A stretch of DNA of 64,000 bases, from assembly GCA_027068075.1 (NCBI GenBank), contig JAMOUJ010000006.1, forward strand, positions 346,706 through 410,705, read 5' to 3'. This DNA is from Candidatus Aminicenantes bacterium. Lineage in GTDB: Bacteria > Acidobacteriota > Aminicenantia > S016-38. The translations under genes were made by a program, and so were the position numbers. Below, piece by piece: positions 47,211 to 56,224 of this stretch (within the stretch, counting starts at the first letter, position 1; each line of letters begins with the position of its first letter). The notes beneath the pieces are model-generated. The model was given only the letters and a program-made list of their open reading frames with translations. It searched no databases and was not told the origin of the DNA.

Positions 47211-49576
47211 TTTTCCCTCTCCTGAAGGAGAGAATTCCAGAGGTTGGGATTTCCCCGGAGGTATTTTTCAAACCATCCCAGTATGGTCATGTACCATCCC
47301 CTCCTGTGTTTGTATCCGAGAATCCAGTGATTTTCCCCCTTCACCAGAACCAGGGCCACGGGCCTCCTGAGAAGTTTAAGGGCCGTAAACATCTGATGAC
47401 TTTCCCCCGGTGGAACATTGGTGTCGTCGGTTCCGTGTAAAAGTAGGAGGGGAGTTTTTATCCTGTGGGCAGAAAACAGTGGGGAGCGTCCCACATAGAT
47501 GTCCCTTCTGTTCCAGGGAAAGGAGAAGGCGGCGGAGATGGCGTTGTAGGTGTATCCCCAGTAGCCCTGTCCCCAATAGGAGGGGATCATGCTTATTCCT
47601 GCGTGGGAGACGGCGGCGTCAAAAATATCGGTCTTGGTTAGGAGGAATTGAGTCATAAACCCGCCGAAGGAGGCCCCTATTATTCCTTTTTTGGCCACCC
47701 AGGCATGCGTTTTTATGAACTTCTTGCTTGCCTCCAGAATGATTTTCCCCGAGAGTTTTCCCCAGTCGTTTACATGTTTTGCGGAGTATTCCTGGCCGAA
47801 GCCCGTGGCTCCAGGGGGGGTGAGGGCGTAAACCACAAAACCCTTGGCCGCCCACCATTCCTTGGGATACCTTCCCCCGAAGTCCCTGGTCAGGGGGGAA
47901 GTTCCCCCGTAGTAGTAAACGATCAGGGGGTATTTCTTCCCGGGATTGAATTCCGGGGGATAGTAAACTCTTCCCTTAACCGGGTATTTGCCTATCCGGA
48001 TATCCCAGTCCTCCACCTTGCCCCATTTTACCAGGGAGTACTCCTTTTCGGCTGGGAAAAGGGATAAGAGAGTTTTTCCTTCCTCCATGACCACCAGTCT
48101 GGGTGGTAGGTTTACCCCTGTTAGCACGGCGGAAATTGCCCCGGAGGGGGAGACCTGAAGGGCCCTCGCCACTTCGCCTTGGGTGGGAATTTCCTTTATC
48201 TTCCCGTTTTCGGCCGCGTAGAGACGGACGAAGGTTCTGTCTTCGGCGGCGAAGACTATTCTACCGGTTTCGGTCCAATGGGCGGAGAGGATCGAGGGGG
48301 AGAAGTCCCGGGTAAGGCAGTCCACCCTTCCAGATTTTATGTAATAAACCATTAGTTCTCCGTTGTAGTCGTTGGGAATTTCCCCCTTTTTCAATTTAAG
48401 GCAGGTCCCGGAAAAGGAAGAGGGGCCTCCGATGAGGAGGAGTTTTTCTCCCTGGGGACTCCAGCGGGCGTAGTTTATCCACGGGTCGTCTATGAGGTCC
48501 TGCACCCTGCCGGTTTTCAGATTCAGCAGCATGTATTTGTTGAGGAGATAGGGCCTTCGGGTGGGGTCAAAGTATGTGAAGGTTAAAAGGAGGCTCGTTC
48601 CGTCGGGGCTCAACTCCACCGGGGAGGCGGGGGTGGTGATGAGCCTTCTGTCCACTTTACCCCGGGGCCAGAAGATGTGTATTTCGTTCTTTCCTCCCCA
48701 TCCCTTCTGACGAAAGGCTGGGTCCTTTATCCTGTTGAGGCCGAATTCGTTGAATTCCTTTCTCCCGTGATAAACGGTGTAAACGAGGAATTTTCCGTCT
48801 TTGCTCCAGAGGTAGGAGGACAGGTCCTTAACCTCCACAAGTTTTCGGTTTTTCCCTTCAAGGTCCGAGAGCCAGAGGGCGTTTTTGAGTATGTAGGAAA
48901 TTTGAGGATGACCGGGTCTCCATCGGGGCTGTTTTATATCACATCCCCGGAAGGAACGAAGGACACCTCCGCTTTCCAGGGAATATACCTCGTACCAGGT
49001 TTCCTCCTTCCCCTCCCGGGTCCACCTTTTGAACTCCACCAGGAGAAGACTGCCGTCGGGAGAGGGTATTCCCCTGGTGACCTTCACCGTGTCCATGAGT
49101 TCCAGGAGGGAAAGATTGTGTTGGGGGGAGAGGGAAGTGGAAAAATCTCCGGACAGGGAGATGTCCAGTTCCCCGCCCTCCTTGGCGTTTATTTTAACCA
49201 GGAGGAAGTGTTTTCCCTTTTCCAGAAGTTTGGAAACCTTTACCTTCCTTCCCGTTCCCAGGGGTATGCCGTCCAGGAAAGCCTCCGCAGGATGACTGGA
49301 AGACAGGCGAATTTCCCGGTTTCCCCATCCTGTTTTAAGATAAACCGCCAGGTAATGGGTTGAACCTGGCTTAACTGCCATGGGAAGGTTTACCCTTTCC
49401 CATCTCAATAGCGTCCCTGGGCCATTTGAAACTTCCCTTCCCTCCGCCGCAGAAAAGGGTTCTATTTGAAGGGATGTCCCTTCCGGCAGGGGGCCCAGAT
49501 GTAAAAATTCTGCCCCCCATCCCCACAGGGCTACCAAGAGGAAAACCAGGATCTTTTTAAGCATTTTGACCTCCAC
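47207..49576 (-). CDS. S9 family serine peptidase (acylaminoacyl-peptidase/DPP-like): N-terminal beta-propeller plus alpha/beta-hydrolase
   Basis: Signal peptide. Nucleophile elbow GASFGGFMT. LLLLHGTDDTNVP (Asp) and GENHWI (His). Confidence 0.8.
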   Translation of the reverse strand: MEVKMLKKILVFLLVALWGWGAEFLHLGPLPEGTSLQIEPFSAAEGREVSNGPGTLLRWERVNLPMAVKPGSTHYLAVYLKTGWGNREIRLSSSHPAEAFLDGIPLGTGRKVKVSKLLEKGKHFLLVKINAKEGGELDISLSGDFSTSLSPQHNLSLLELMDTVKVTRGIPSPDGSLLLVEFKRWTREGKEETWYEVYSLESGGVLRSFRGCDIKQPRWRPGHPQISYILKNALWLSDLEGKNRKLVEVKDLSSYLWSKDGKFLVYTVYHGRKEFNEFGLNRIKDPAFRQKGWGGKNEIHIFWPRGKVDRRLITTPASPVELSPDGTSLLLTFTYFDPTRRPYLLNKYMLLNLKTGRVQDLIDDPWINYARWSPQGEKLLLIGGPSSFSGTCLKLKKGEIPNDYNGELMVYYIKSGRVDCLTRDFSPSILSAHWTETGRIVFAAEDRTFVRLYAAENGKIKEIPTQGEVARALQVSPSGAISAVLTGVNLPPRLVVMEEGKTLLSLFPAEKEYSLVKWGKVEDWDIRIGKYPVKGRVYYPPEFNPGKKYPLIVYYYGGTSPLTRDFGGRYPKEWWAAKGFVVYALTPPGATGFGQEYSAKHVNDWGKLSGKIILEASKKFIKTHAWVAKKGIIGASFGGFMTQFLLTKTDIFDAAVSHAGISMIPSYWGQGYWGYTYNAISAAFSFPWNRRDIYVGRSPLFSAHRIKTPLLLLHGTDDTNVPPGESHQMFTALKLLRRPVALVLVKGENHWILGYKHRRGWYMTILGWFEKYLRGNPNLWNSLLQEREK

Positions 49577-49614
49577 AGGGGAATTTTAATATAATTCCCG
49601 GCGGGAGGGAAACC

Positions 49615-49980
49615 ATGAGAAACAAAAGCAAAGGAAGTTCGGCTTTATTTAACCTCATACTCCTGGCCCTGCTGGGTTACGGAGTGTATGTATTGTATGT
49701 TTACGGGAAAATTGAACTTGACCGGAGGGCCCTGGTTTCGGATATTACGGAAGCCGTAGCAGGAAGGGTTTATCTTTCCATTCCTCAGTTGAAGGAGAGG
49801 GTTCTCAAGGTGGCGGAGAAAAGGAATGTGGACATAGACCCCGACTCCGTCTACATAGAGAAAAGCAAGGACACCATCCATGTGGAGTTCACCTATTATG
49901 TGGAAAAAAACATGCTGTTGTGGCATCTGGACAAGGAGATTTTCGTTAGTTTGGACCTGCCAGCGGTGGCCGGTCTATGA
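49615..49980 (+). CDS. Small membrane-anchored protein (121 aa)
   Basis: Single N-terminal TM. Overlaps the start of the hybrid kinase gene (ATGA). Confidence 0.4.
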   Translation: MRNKSKGSSALFNLILLALLGYGVYVLYVYGKIELDRRALVSDITEAVAGRVYLSIPQLKERVLKVAEKRNVDIDPDSVYIEKSKDTIHVEFTYYVEKNMLLWHLDKEIFVSLDLPAVAGL

Positions 49981-52235
49981 AGAAGTATTTTCTTCCTCTC
50001 CTCACGGTATCCCTGGAGAAGTCGCTGGAGGAGGGGGTCCGGGAACTTCTCAGCCAGGCGTGCGGTTTTCTGGGGGCTAAGGGTTATTCCCTTTTCATCT
50101 CCTTGGAAAGAAAGGGAAAATTTTTCCCGCTCCACCGGGGCATTTCCCCAGGGGTTCAGGAAAAAATAAGGGCAATGGTGGAGAAGGCCGGAGAGGAGGT
50201 TCAGGTTTTTGAGGGTCTCCGAGAACTTCCGAGCCGTGACCTCAAGCAGGCCCTCAGGGATGAAGGGATCTCTTCCTTCATAATTTTTCCACTTAAGTGC
50301 CGGGGAAGGGCTTCTGGAAAACTGGTTCTTTACTTCAGGAAAAAAAGAAAACTCAAGGGGAAATTCAAGGAAAGGCTTGAGGCCATGGCCTCCGTCCTCT
50401 CCGCATATGTGGACAATTATTTTCTCTTCTCCGCCCTGCAGGAGAGGGAAAAGACCCTCAACACCATCTTTGAAAGTTCACCGGCGGCCATATTCGTAAT
50501 GCAGGACATGAGATACAAGGTGGTCAACCCTGCCTTTGAAAAAATCACCGGGTTTTCCGCAGAGGAAGTTAAAGACATGTTCTTCTGGGAGATAGTCCAT
50601 CCGGACGACCGGGAGGAGGTTAAGGAAAGGGGAATCAGGAGGGAAAGGGGCGAGAGGGTGGAACCCGAACTATACGAAATGAAAATAGTGGACAAGGAGG
50701 GCCGGGAAAAATGGGTCCTGTTCCGGGGAACCCCCATCCAATTTGACGGAAGGTCCGCCAACCTGGGCATTGCCTTTGACATAACCGAGAAAAAGGAACT
50801 GGAGGATAGGCTCAGTTCCCTGAAGGAAAACCTCAAGGCCATCTACGAATCCACGGTGATGGGCATATATCTCTTTGACTTTGAGAAGGGAATTTACGAG
50901 ATGGTCAACCCCAAGGGAAAGGAAATACTGGGTCTTGATCTGGAGAACAAAAGCCCCGGGGAGGTATTCCCCCCTGAGGAGGCCGAGAGGATAGACGAAA
51001 TTTTAAATTACATAAGGAAAACTAAAAGAACACTGACCACCGTGGAGAAATACCACACCGGTCTGGGGGAAAGATTCGTTTTCGTGAGCCGGGCCCCTGT
51101 TTTCGGAAGGGATGGAACCGTAAAAAAGGTGGTGGGCATTTTCCGGGACATAACCGAAGAGGAAAGGGCCAAGCACGAGTGGGAGAAGAGGGCAGATTTC
51201 TCTATGATGGAAAAAACCATAGAGGTGGTGGCCAAGGAACTTAACAACATCCTGAGCATAATCCTGGCCACCTCCGAGATTGGGCTGAAATCCGGAATAG
51301 ACGAGACCAACTGGCAAAGGATCCACCAGAAGGCCAAGGAGGCCCAGAACTTCATTTATCAGTTGATGGAAATAGGCAGGGGAGAAGGCGGTAAAAAAAC
51401 TGCGGTGGAATTAAACGATTTCATCCGGAATTCCCTTCTTTTATTCCGGAGCATACTCCCCCACGACATAGTGCTGGAATTTTCCCCCTGGCCCGCTCCG
51501 GTTTACATCCTGTGCAATCCCTCGGCCCTGAAAACCGCCCTTTCCCACCTTCTCATAAACGCCAGGGAGGCCACAAAGGGAGGGGGAATAATCCACATTC
51601 TGGTGGAAAGCCACGGAGGATTCGCCCTTTTAAAAATCCGGGACACCGGCCGGGGAATGAGCCAGCAGGAGATTTCCAGGGCCTTTGAGCCCTTCTTTTC
51701 CACCAAATCCCTGGAAAGCGGCTCCGGTCTGGGTTTGACCTTCGTGAAGAAATTCGTTGAAAAAATGGGAGGAAGCGTCTCCATTGACAGTTCCCCAGGA
51801 AGGGGAACCACCGTGATCCTCAAAATTCCCCTGACCTCGGAGCCCCGGGAGGAAGAAAGGAGAAGCGTGGTCAAACCTTCGGGTCAAAGGGTCCTTCTGG
51901 TGGAGGACGACCACGATGTCCGGAGGGTGGAGCACGAACTTCTTACCATCCTGGGCTACAGTGTGGAGGAGGCCTCCTCCGCCAGGGAAGCCCTGGAGAG
52001 CATTCAGCGGAGTCGCCCTTCCATCGTCATAACCGACCTCTCCATGCCGGGAATGGGAGGAGCCCAACTGGCCCGGGAAATAAAGAAGATAGACCCCTCC
52101 ATCAGGATTTTGCTCATAAGCGGATATGTGGGGGAGGGCGAAGCGGAAGAATTGAGAAAAATGGGCATAGACGAGGTTCTTCACAAACCCTTTGGCCTGG
52201 AGGAGTTAAAGAAGGCCCTTCATAGCCTATCTTGA
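49977..52235 (+). CDS. Hybrid sensor histidine kinase (GAF-like, 2x PAS, HisKA, HATPase_c, C-terminal receiver)
   Basis: PAS-like blocks (FESSPAAIFVMQD..; YESTVMGIYLFD..). HATPase G-boxes (RDTGRGMS, GSGLGLTFV). Receiver D-box (VLLVEDDHDV ... ITDLSMPGMGG ... K). Confidence 0.8.
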   Translation: MKKYFLPLLTVSLEKSLEEGVRELLSQACGFLGAKGYSLFISLERKGKFFPLHRGISPGVQEKIRAMVEKAGEEVQVFEGLRELPSRDLKQALRDEGISSFIIFPLKCRGRASGKLVLYFRKKRKLKGKFKERLEAMASVLSAYVDNYFLFSALQEREKTLNTIFESSPAAIFVMQDMRYKVVNPAFEKITGFSAEEVKDMFFWEIVHPDDREEVKERGIRRERGERVEPELYEMKIVDKEGREKWVLFRGTPIQFDGRSANLGIAFDITEKKELEDRLSSLKENLKAIYESTVMGIYLFDFEKGIYEMVNPKGKEILGLDLENKSPGEVFPPEEAERIDEILNYIRKTKRTLTTVEKYHTGLGERFVFVSRAPVFGRDGTVKKVVGIFRDITEEERAKHEWEKRADFSMMEKTIEVVAKELNNILSIILATSEIGLKSGIDETNWQRIHQKAKEAQNFIYQLMEIGRGEGGKKTAVELNDFIRNSLLLFRSILPHDIVLEFSPWPAPVYILCNPSALKTALSHLLINAREATKGGGIIHILVESHGGFALLKIRDTGRGMSQQEISRAFEPFFSTKSLESGSGLGLTFVKKFVEKMGGSVSIDSSPGRGTTVILKIPLTSEPREEERRSVVKPSGQRVLLVEDDHDVRRVEHELLTILGYSVEEASSAREALESIQRSRPSIVITDLSMPGMGGAQLAREIKKIDPSIRILLISGYVGEGEAEELRKMGIDEVLHKPFGLEELKKALHSLS

Positions 52236-52287
52236 AAAATCTCCCCTCCCCTGTTATCCTATTAACTCATTTTTTCAGGAGGTAGAA

Positions 52288-52980
52288 ATGGCCGAGTTGA
52301 AGGAAATTGGAGAAGAGACGGTCAAACTTTTAGTTCCCAGGGACCTGGTGGTGGTGGCGGGCCATCCCAGGAGCGGAACCTCCCTTACCTGTCAACTTCT
52401 GGAAAGCGCCGGTGTGAAGTTCCCCTCGGACATAGGCCCGGATAGGTACAATAAAAAAGGGTATTACGAACTCAGTTTCGCCAAGGAACTGGAAAAGAAA
52501 CTCATAGAAGAGGCCATGACGGTGGAAAACACCAGGGCCCTCAACCGGGTCATAGAGACCCTGAACGAGGCAGGCACTCCCAGCGGGCTGAAAATCGTCA
52601 TCGTCCCCGCCATATTCTTCTACAGGCACATAACCAAGGGGGACATGAGGGCCGTGTTCGTTTTCCGTCGTCCAGCCGATTCCAAGGCCAGTATGCTGAG
52701 GAGGGGAATTTCCCAGTTCAGGCTTTCTTGGTTTGAAAACAACAACGCCATAATAGCCGCCCACGAAAACATAAAGAGGAGCATAGTCGTAAGTTACGAG
52801 ACTCTGATAGAGGGAAAGCCCTGTATTAAGAAGGCGTTTAAAAAGATAGGGTTTGATGTGGACCTGGGGGTGGTGAGGAAGACCTACCGAACCCAGAAGG
52901 GTAGTGAAATGGTGGTTACCGACGAGGAGATGAAGGTTTACAAAAAACTCAAGGAACTGGAAAAGAGGTCCTGTAGATAG
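52288..52980 (+). CDS. Sulfotransferase-family protein
   Basis: PAPS 5'-phosphosulfate-binding-like loop GHPRSGTSL. Size and pattern match cytosolic-type sulfotransferase domains. Confidence 0.55.
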   Translation: MAELKEIGEETVKLLVPRDLVVVAGHPRSGTSLTCQLLESAGVKFPSDIGPDRYNKKGYYELSFAKELEKKLIEEAMTVENTRALNRVIETLNEAGTPSGLKIVIVPAIFFYRHITKGDMRAVFVFRRPADSKASMLRRGISQFRLSWFENNNAIIAAHENIKRSIVVSYETLIEGKPCIKKAFKKIGFDVDLGVVRKTYRTQKGSEMVVTDEEMKVYKKLKELEKRSCR

Positions 52981-54165
52981 TTAAAAAAGTTTCCCCGCCC
53001 GGCGGAAAACGAATAGTTTGCTTTCCTTCTCCTGCTTTTCTCCCAGAAACCTTACCGCGGAGAACCCGAACCTCCTCCTTATCCTCTCCACGGCATCCAT
53101 CATCCTCTCCTCCCGGGGAGTGAAAAGCAGGGTTTGTTCGGCATAGGTGAGGGAAGAGGCTTCCACCGCCAGAAGCCTTACGGGCCTGCCGTCCATCATT
53201 TTTTCCGCCAGGGAAATTGCCTTGTGGTATATTCTCAGGGCATCGTTGCCCGGAGGGGATAGGGGAAGACATTTCTGGGATTCGGAAAAATCCGACCACC
53301 TTATTCTCAGGCATACCCTTCCTCCCCTGGCGCCCTCCTCCCGGAGCCTCATGGCCACGCAATCGCTGAGGTGAAGGATATGGGGTTTTGCCTCCTTAAG
53401 GGTAAAGATGTCCCTTTCCAGGGTTTGTCCCCGGGATACCGACCTGGGTTTTTCCGGTGAAAGTATGGGAACCTGGTTCTCCCGCCGTAGCGTTTCCCGG
53501 AGGTTTTCCCCCTTTCTCCCCAGGAGGCCTCGCAGGTTCTGGACCGAGACTCCCCTTAGGTCTGCCACGGAGGATATTCCCCTTTCCCTCAGCAAGGTGA
53601 GGGTTTTTTGGCCTATTCCCGGGATTTCCTCCAGTTGGAAACTCTCCAGGAATTGCTCCGTTTTTTCCGGGGGAATGTGAAGAAAGCCGTCGGGTTTTGC
53701 CCGGGAAGCCGCCAGTTTTGCCACCAGTTTGGTAGGACCCATCCCTGCGGAGACCGTGAGACCCAGTTGTGTTTTTATCTCCTCCCTTTTTTCCCGGAGG
53801 GAGGCCACGGGATCCCGATAAATAAGGCCACAGCGGGAGAGGTCCACCACGCCTTCGTCCTGGGAGATGATCTCCAGGTCCGGGCTTATGGAGTAGAGGA
53901 GTCGGTAGAATTTTCTTGAGAACTCCTGATACAGGGGAAAATTCGGTTTTACTACCAGGCACCGGGGACAAAGCCTGAGGGCCTGAAAGAGGGGCATGCC
54001 CGATTTTACTCCGTAGGCCCTGGCTTCGTAGGACGCCGAAGCCACCACCGACCGGCGGAGGGAGTTCCCGCCCACTATTACGGGTTTTCCCCGCAGGGCA
54101 GGGTTTTTGACCTGTTCCACCTGGGCGTAAAAGGCATCAATGTCAAAATGAGCGAACAACCCCAT
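52981..54165 (-). CDS. dinB: DNA polymerase IV (Y-family translesion polymerase)
   Basis: The N-terminus FAHFDIDAFYAQVEQVKNPALRGKPVIVGG is the Y-family signature. I chose Met65 of the track ORF as the start, because the longer N-terminal extension is Pro/Lys-rich non-domain sequence and would run across an intrinsic terminator. Confidence 0.8.
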   Translation of the reverse strand: MGLFAHFDIDAFYAQVEQVKNPALRGKPVIVGGNSLRRSVVASASYEARAYGVKSGMPLFQALRLCPRCLVVKPNFPLYQEFSRKFYRLLYSISPDLEIISQDEGVVDLSRCGLIYRDPVASLREKREEIKTQLGLTVSAGMGPTKLVAKLAASRAKPDGFLHIPPEKTEQFLESFQLEEIPGIGQKTLTLLRERGISSVADLRGVSVQNLRGLLGRKGENLRETLRRENQVPILSPEKPRSVSRGQTLERDIFTLKEAKPHILHLSDCVAMRLREEGARGGRVCLRIRWSDFSESQKCLPLSPPGNDALRIYHKAISLAEKMMDGRPVRLLAVEASSLTYAEQTLLFTPREERMMDAVERIRRRFGFSAVRFLGEKQEKESKLFVFRRAGKLF

Positions 54166-54190
54166 CGGTAATATTTTATCCCCCGGGAGT

Positions 54191-54224
54191 AAAATAAAAA
54201 ACCCCGCCCTCCGAGAGGGCGGGG
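54191..54224 (-). terminator. Rho-independent terminator after the FmdB-like gene
   Basis: Perfect 9-bp stem CCCCGCCCT/AGGGCGGGG with a 5-nt loop, followed on the minus strand by TTTTTTATTTT. Confidence 0.75.
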
Positions 54225-54256
54225 CGAGGAGGTGGGAGTGAGAAGGATTCAGGAGG

Positions 54257-54514
54257 TCAGGTTGGGTTTTGGGGTTTGGTTTTGGGGGGAGAATCTTTGG
54301 TTTTGTTTTTAGGGGAGTGTTTTGTTCCGTTGTCTTTACCCTTGTAGTCCGTAACATACCATCCGCTTCCCTTGAAGTGGATGGCAGGAGGTGAAAGGAT
54401 TTTCTTCAGGGGTCCGCCGCATTTGGGGCAGACCTTTAACGGCTCGTCGTCAAATTTCTGAATGACTTCAAATCTATATCCGCACTTCTCACAAGTGTAT
54501 TCGTAAAGCGGCAT
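54257..54514 (-). CDS. FmdB-family zinc-ribbon protein
   Basis: MPLYEYTCEKCG...CPKCGG: the two CxxC pairs of the FmdB putative-regulatory family. Basic, low-complexity tail. Confidence 0.7.
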   Translation of the reverse strand: MPLYEYTCEKCGYRFEVIQKFDDEPLKVCPKCGGPLKKILSPPAIHFKGSGWYVTDYKGKDNGTKHSPKNKTKDSPPKTKPQNPT

Positions 54515-54552
54515 CTTTACCTCCCGGCAAAATTATAACATTCTGGTCAATA

Positions 54553-54580
54553 TTGACAAGGGAGCCAATTTTGATAAAAT
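54553..54580 (+). promoter_or_regulatory. Sigma70-type promoter for tRNA-Arg (TTGACA-16-TAAAAT), with the -35 inside the palindrome GTCAATATTGAC
   Basis: TTGACA at 54553..54558 and TAAAAT at 54575..54580. The tRNA 5' end is 10 nt downstream. Confidence 0.55.
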
Positions 54581-54590
54581 ACACTTCGGT

Positions 54591-54664
54591 GCGGCTGTAG
54601 CTCAACAGGATAGAGCGTGGGATTCCTAATCCCAAGGTTGTGGGTTCGATTCCCGCCAGCCGCA
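54591..54664 (+). tRNA. tRNA-Arg (anticodon CCT)
   Basis: Hand-folded cloverleaf. 7-bp acceptor stem (GCGGCTG/CAGCCGC), D stem GCTC/GAGC, anticodon stem TGGGA/TCCCA with loop TTCCTAA (CCT), T stem GTGGG/CCCGC with TTCGATT loop, discriminator A. No encoded CCA. Confidence 0.9.
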
Positions 54665-54669
54665 CTTAA
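54621..54669 (+). repeat. Direct repeat copy 1 (49 bp): tRNA-Arg 3' half plus 5 nt; attL-like
   Basis: GATTCCTAATCCCAAGGTTGTGGGTTCGATTCCCGCCAGCCGCACTTAA. It is identical to the copy at 56339..56387. Confidence 0.85.
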
Positions 54670-55031
54670 CCTCCTTCCTGCTCCGCTATGATTTTTCTCC
54701 AACAAAATAAGGAACTCCCTCTCTTATGTGCTACATTTATGTCATGCGGATGATGATCTTTCTTCCGGGTCTATGCTTTCATCAGAATTTTTGCTTCAAG
54801 CTTTCGTATAACTTTGTTAAGGAGGATTTAAAGGATGCCTAAATCCTCTCTCTTTTTTCGAAAACTTCCTTATTGCGTCCTGGGGAAATCTATATTGCCA
54901 AGAATCTTTGGTAATGGACTATATGTTTGGTTTGCTCAACTCTTTTAATGAGCTTAGGGCAAGGCAATCTTTTCCTCAATAGAGAAAAAAGAGGATGAGA
55001 TATTACCTCGTTTACAAGGCTTCCATCGAGC

Positions 55032-55466
55032 TTACTTTATCATTTTTATTATAGGAAGAACCAATGGAGGTAATCCTGCTCTTACGGTTAAATCATGGAC
55101 TAGTTGACGGAAATATGGCCAAATATGAAGAATTAGGGTACTTTTAGCAAAAATCTCAAACATTTTCTTTGTGATAGAAACGCTGGTTCTATAATGAACC
55201 TTATATGAGGCATTTATTGCGAACTTTTCCCCGTTATTTCTTTCCGCCAACAAGAAAAAAGAGATATAAGCTGCGAAACCTTCTTCCGTTTTTTTGTAGC
55301 TGGTTTCTTCGTTTAAGGTAAGCTCAACTCCTGTAGGCTTAAATTCTTCATCTTTTTCCATAGAACATTTGATTAGTTGAATGCTATGCAGCTCCAATCC
55401 TTTTATGAAGTCTGCATATTTTTCCCTGAATTTCTTATCTAATTTCACGCTGCCCCCTCCTCCCAT
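55032..55466 (-). CDS. SecB-like chaperone (TAC-system chaperone candidate)
   Basis: Collinear similarity to SecB: LELHSIQLIKCSME vs SecB FQIQRIYTKDISFE, and C-terminal ILHIWPYFRQLVHDLTVRAGLPPLVLPII vs SecB [29 protein letters not shown]. 144 aa. It overlaps the hicB stop by 22 nt. Confidence 0.6.
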   Translation of the reverse strand: MGGGGSVKLDKKFREKYADFIKGLELHSIQLIKCSMEKDEEFKPTGVELTLNEETSYKKTEEGFAAYISFFLLAERNNGEKFAINASYKVHYRTSVSITKKMFEIFAKSTLILHIWPYFRQLVHDLTVRAGLPPLVLPIIKMIK

Positions 55467-55972
55467 TTATCTGTATATTCTATCTTAAGCGGTCGTTCTT
55501 CTATCATCCTCCACTCAAATTCTTCTAAGGTGTGGTGAAAGATATCTTTCAATTCTTTCTTGAGCTCATTTACTATTTCTTTCTTAAGATTATCTACCAT
55601 CTCTCTTTCTTTTAGAGCCTCTGAAAGTAAAGCTACAACTAATTGATTCAAGCTTATTCCTTCTCTTTTAGCTCTTTGAACTAACTTGCGATGAATGTAT
55701 TTGGGAATTCTTACAAGGAATTTTCCGCTGTATTCTTCCATCTCATAAGGAAGCGGAATCTTTCTGCCCATTTCTAAGGCTGTTTCTATCCACAATTCTT
55801 GAGCTTCTCTTATAGCATTGATTACATCTTCATAGCTGTCTCCTTCGGTCATACACCCAGGAAGTTCTGGGATTTTTGCAAAGTAGCCTTTTTCTTCTGG
55901 AATAATCACAATAGAGTAAGGTAAACTCATGAAATACTTAACTTTTTCCTTAATGTCATTTTTGGCTCTCAT
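55445..55972 (-). CDS. hicB: HicB-family antitoxin (UPF0150 RNase-H-like N-domain plus RHH-type DNA-binding domain) with about 50-aa C-terminal extension
   Basis: YSIVIIPEEKGYFAKIPELPGCMTEGDSYEDVINAIREAQELW is the UPF0150/HicB fold signature. SGKFLVRIPKYIHRKLVQRAKREGISLNQLVVALL is the HicB C-terminal DNA-binding motif. It is followed by a charged extension KEREMVDNLKKEIVNELKKELKDIFHHTLEEFEWRMIEERPLKIEYTDKWEEGAA. Confidence 0.8.
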   Translation of the reverse strand: MRAKNDIKEKVKYFMSLPYSIVIIPEEKGYFAKIPELPGCMTEGDSYEDVINAIREAQELWIETALEMGRKIPLPYEMEEYSGKFLVRIPKYIHRKLVQRAKREGISLNQLVVALLSEALKEREMVDNLKKEIVNELKKELKDIFHHTLEEFEWRMIEERPLKIEYTDKWEEGAA

Positions 55973-56213
55973 ACCATTCCTCCAAATCTAGTAAATCTCT
56001 GAGATGTTTTATGTATATCTTTTCTACCATTCGGCCCTTCCTAATTCTTATCGTTATCTCATATTCCCCTTTCACATAAATGAAATGATCTCCTCTTACC
56101 CGTCCTCTTTTATATCCAAAAAATTTAAGCACTGTTTCGACCTCCTCTTTTCTCATTTGGGAAGGTAAGTTTAACATCTTTCTTACAAGTTTTATTACCT
56201 TGCTCTTTGACAC
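55956..56213 (-). CDS. hicA: HicA-like mRNA-interferase toxin candidate (85 aa)
   Basis: Small basic protein immediately upstream of and overlapping hicB, the canonical hicA-hicB order. FFGYKRGRVRGDHFIYV loosely matches the HicA GSHH region. GTG start with a GGAGG RBS. The family assignment is weaker than for hicB. Confidence 0.45.
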   Translation of the reverse strand: MSKSKVIKLVRKMLNLPSQMRKEEVETVLKFFGYKRGRVRGDHFIYVKGEYEITIRIRKGRMVEKIYIKHLRDLLDLEEWYESQK

Positions 56214-56224
56214 TCACACCTCCA

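Noticed and set aside
54166-54357. 64-codon N-terminal extension of dinB in the ORF track
   Set aside because: It is Pro/Lys/Thr-rich and non-domain, and it would read through the intrinsic terminator at 54191..54224. The Y-family domain begins right after Met65.
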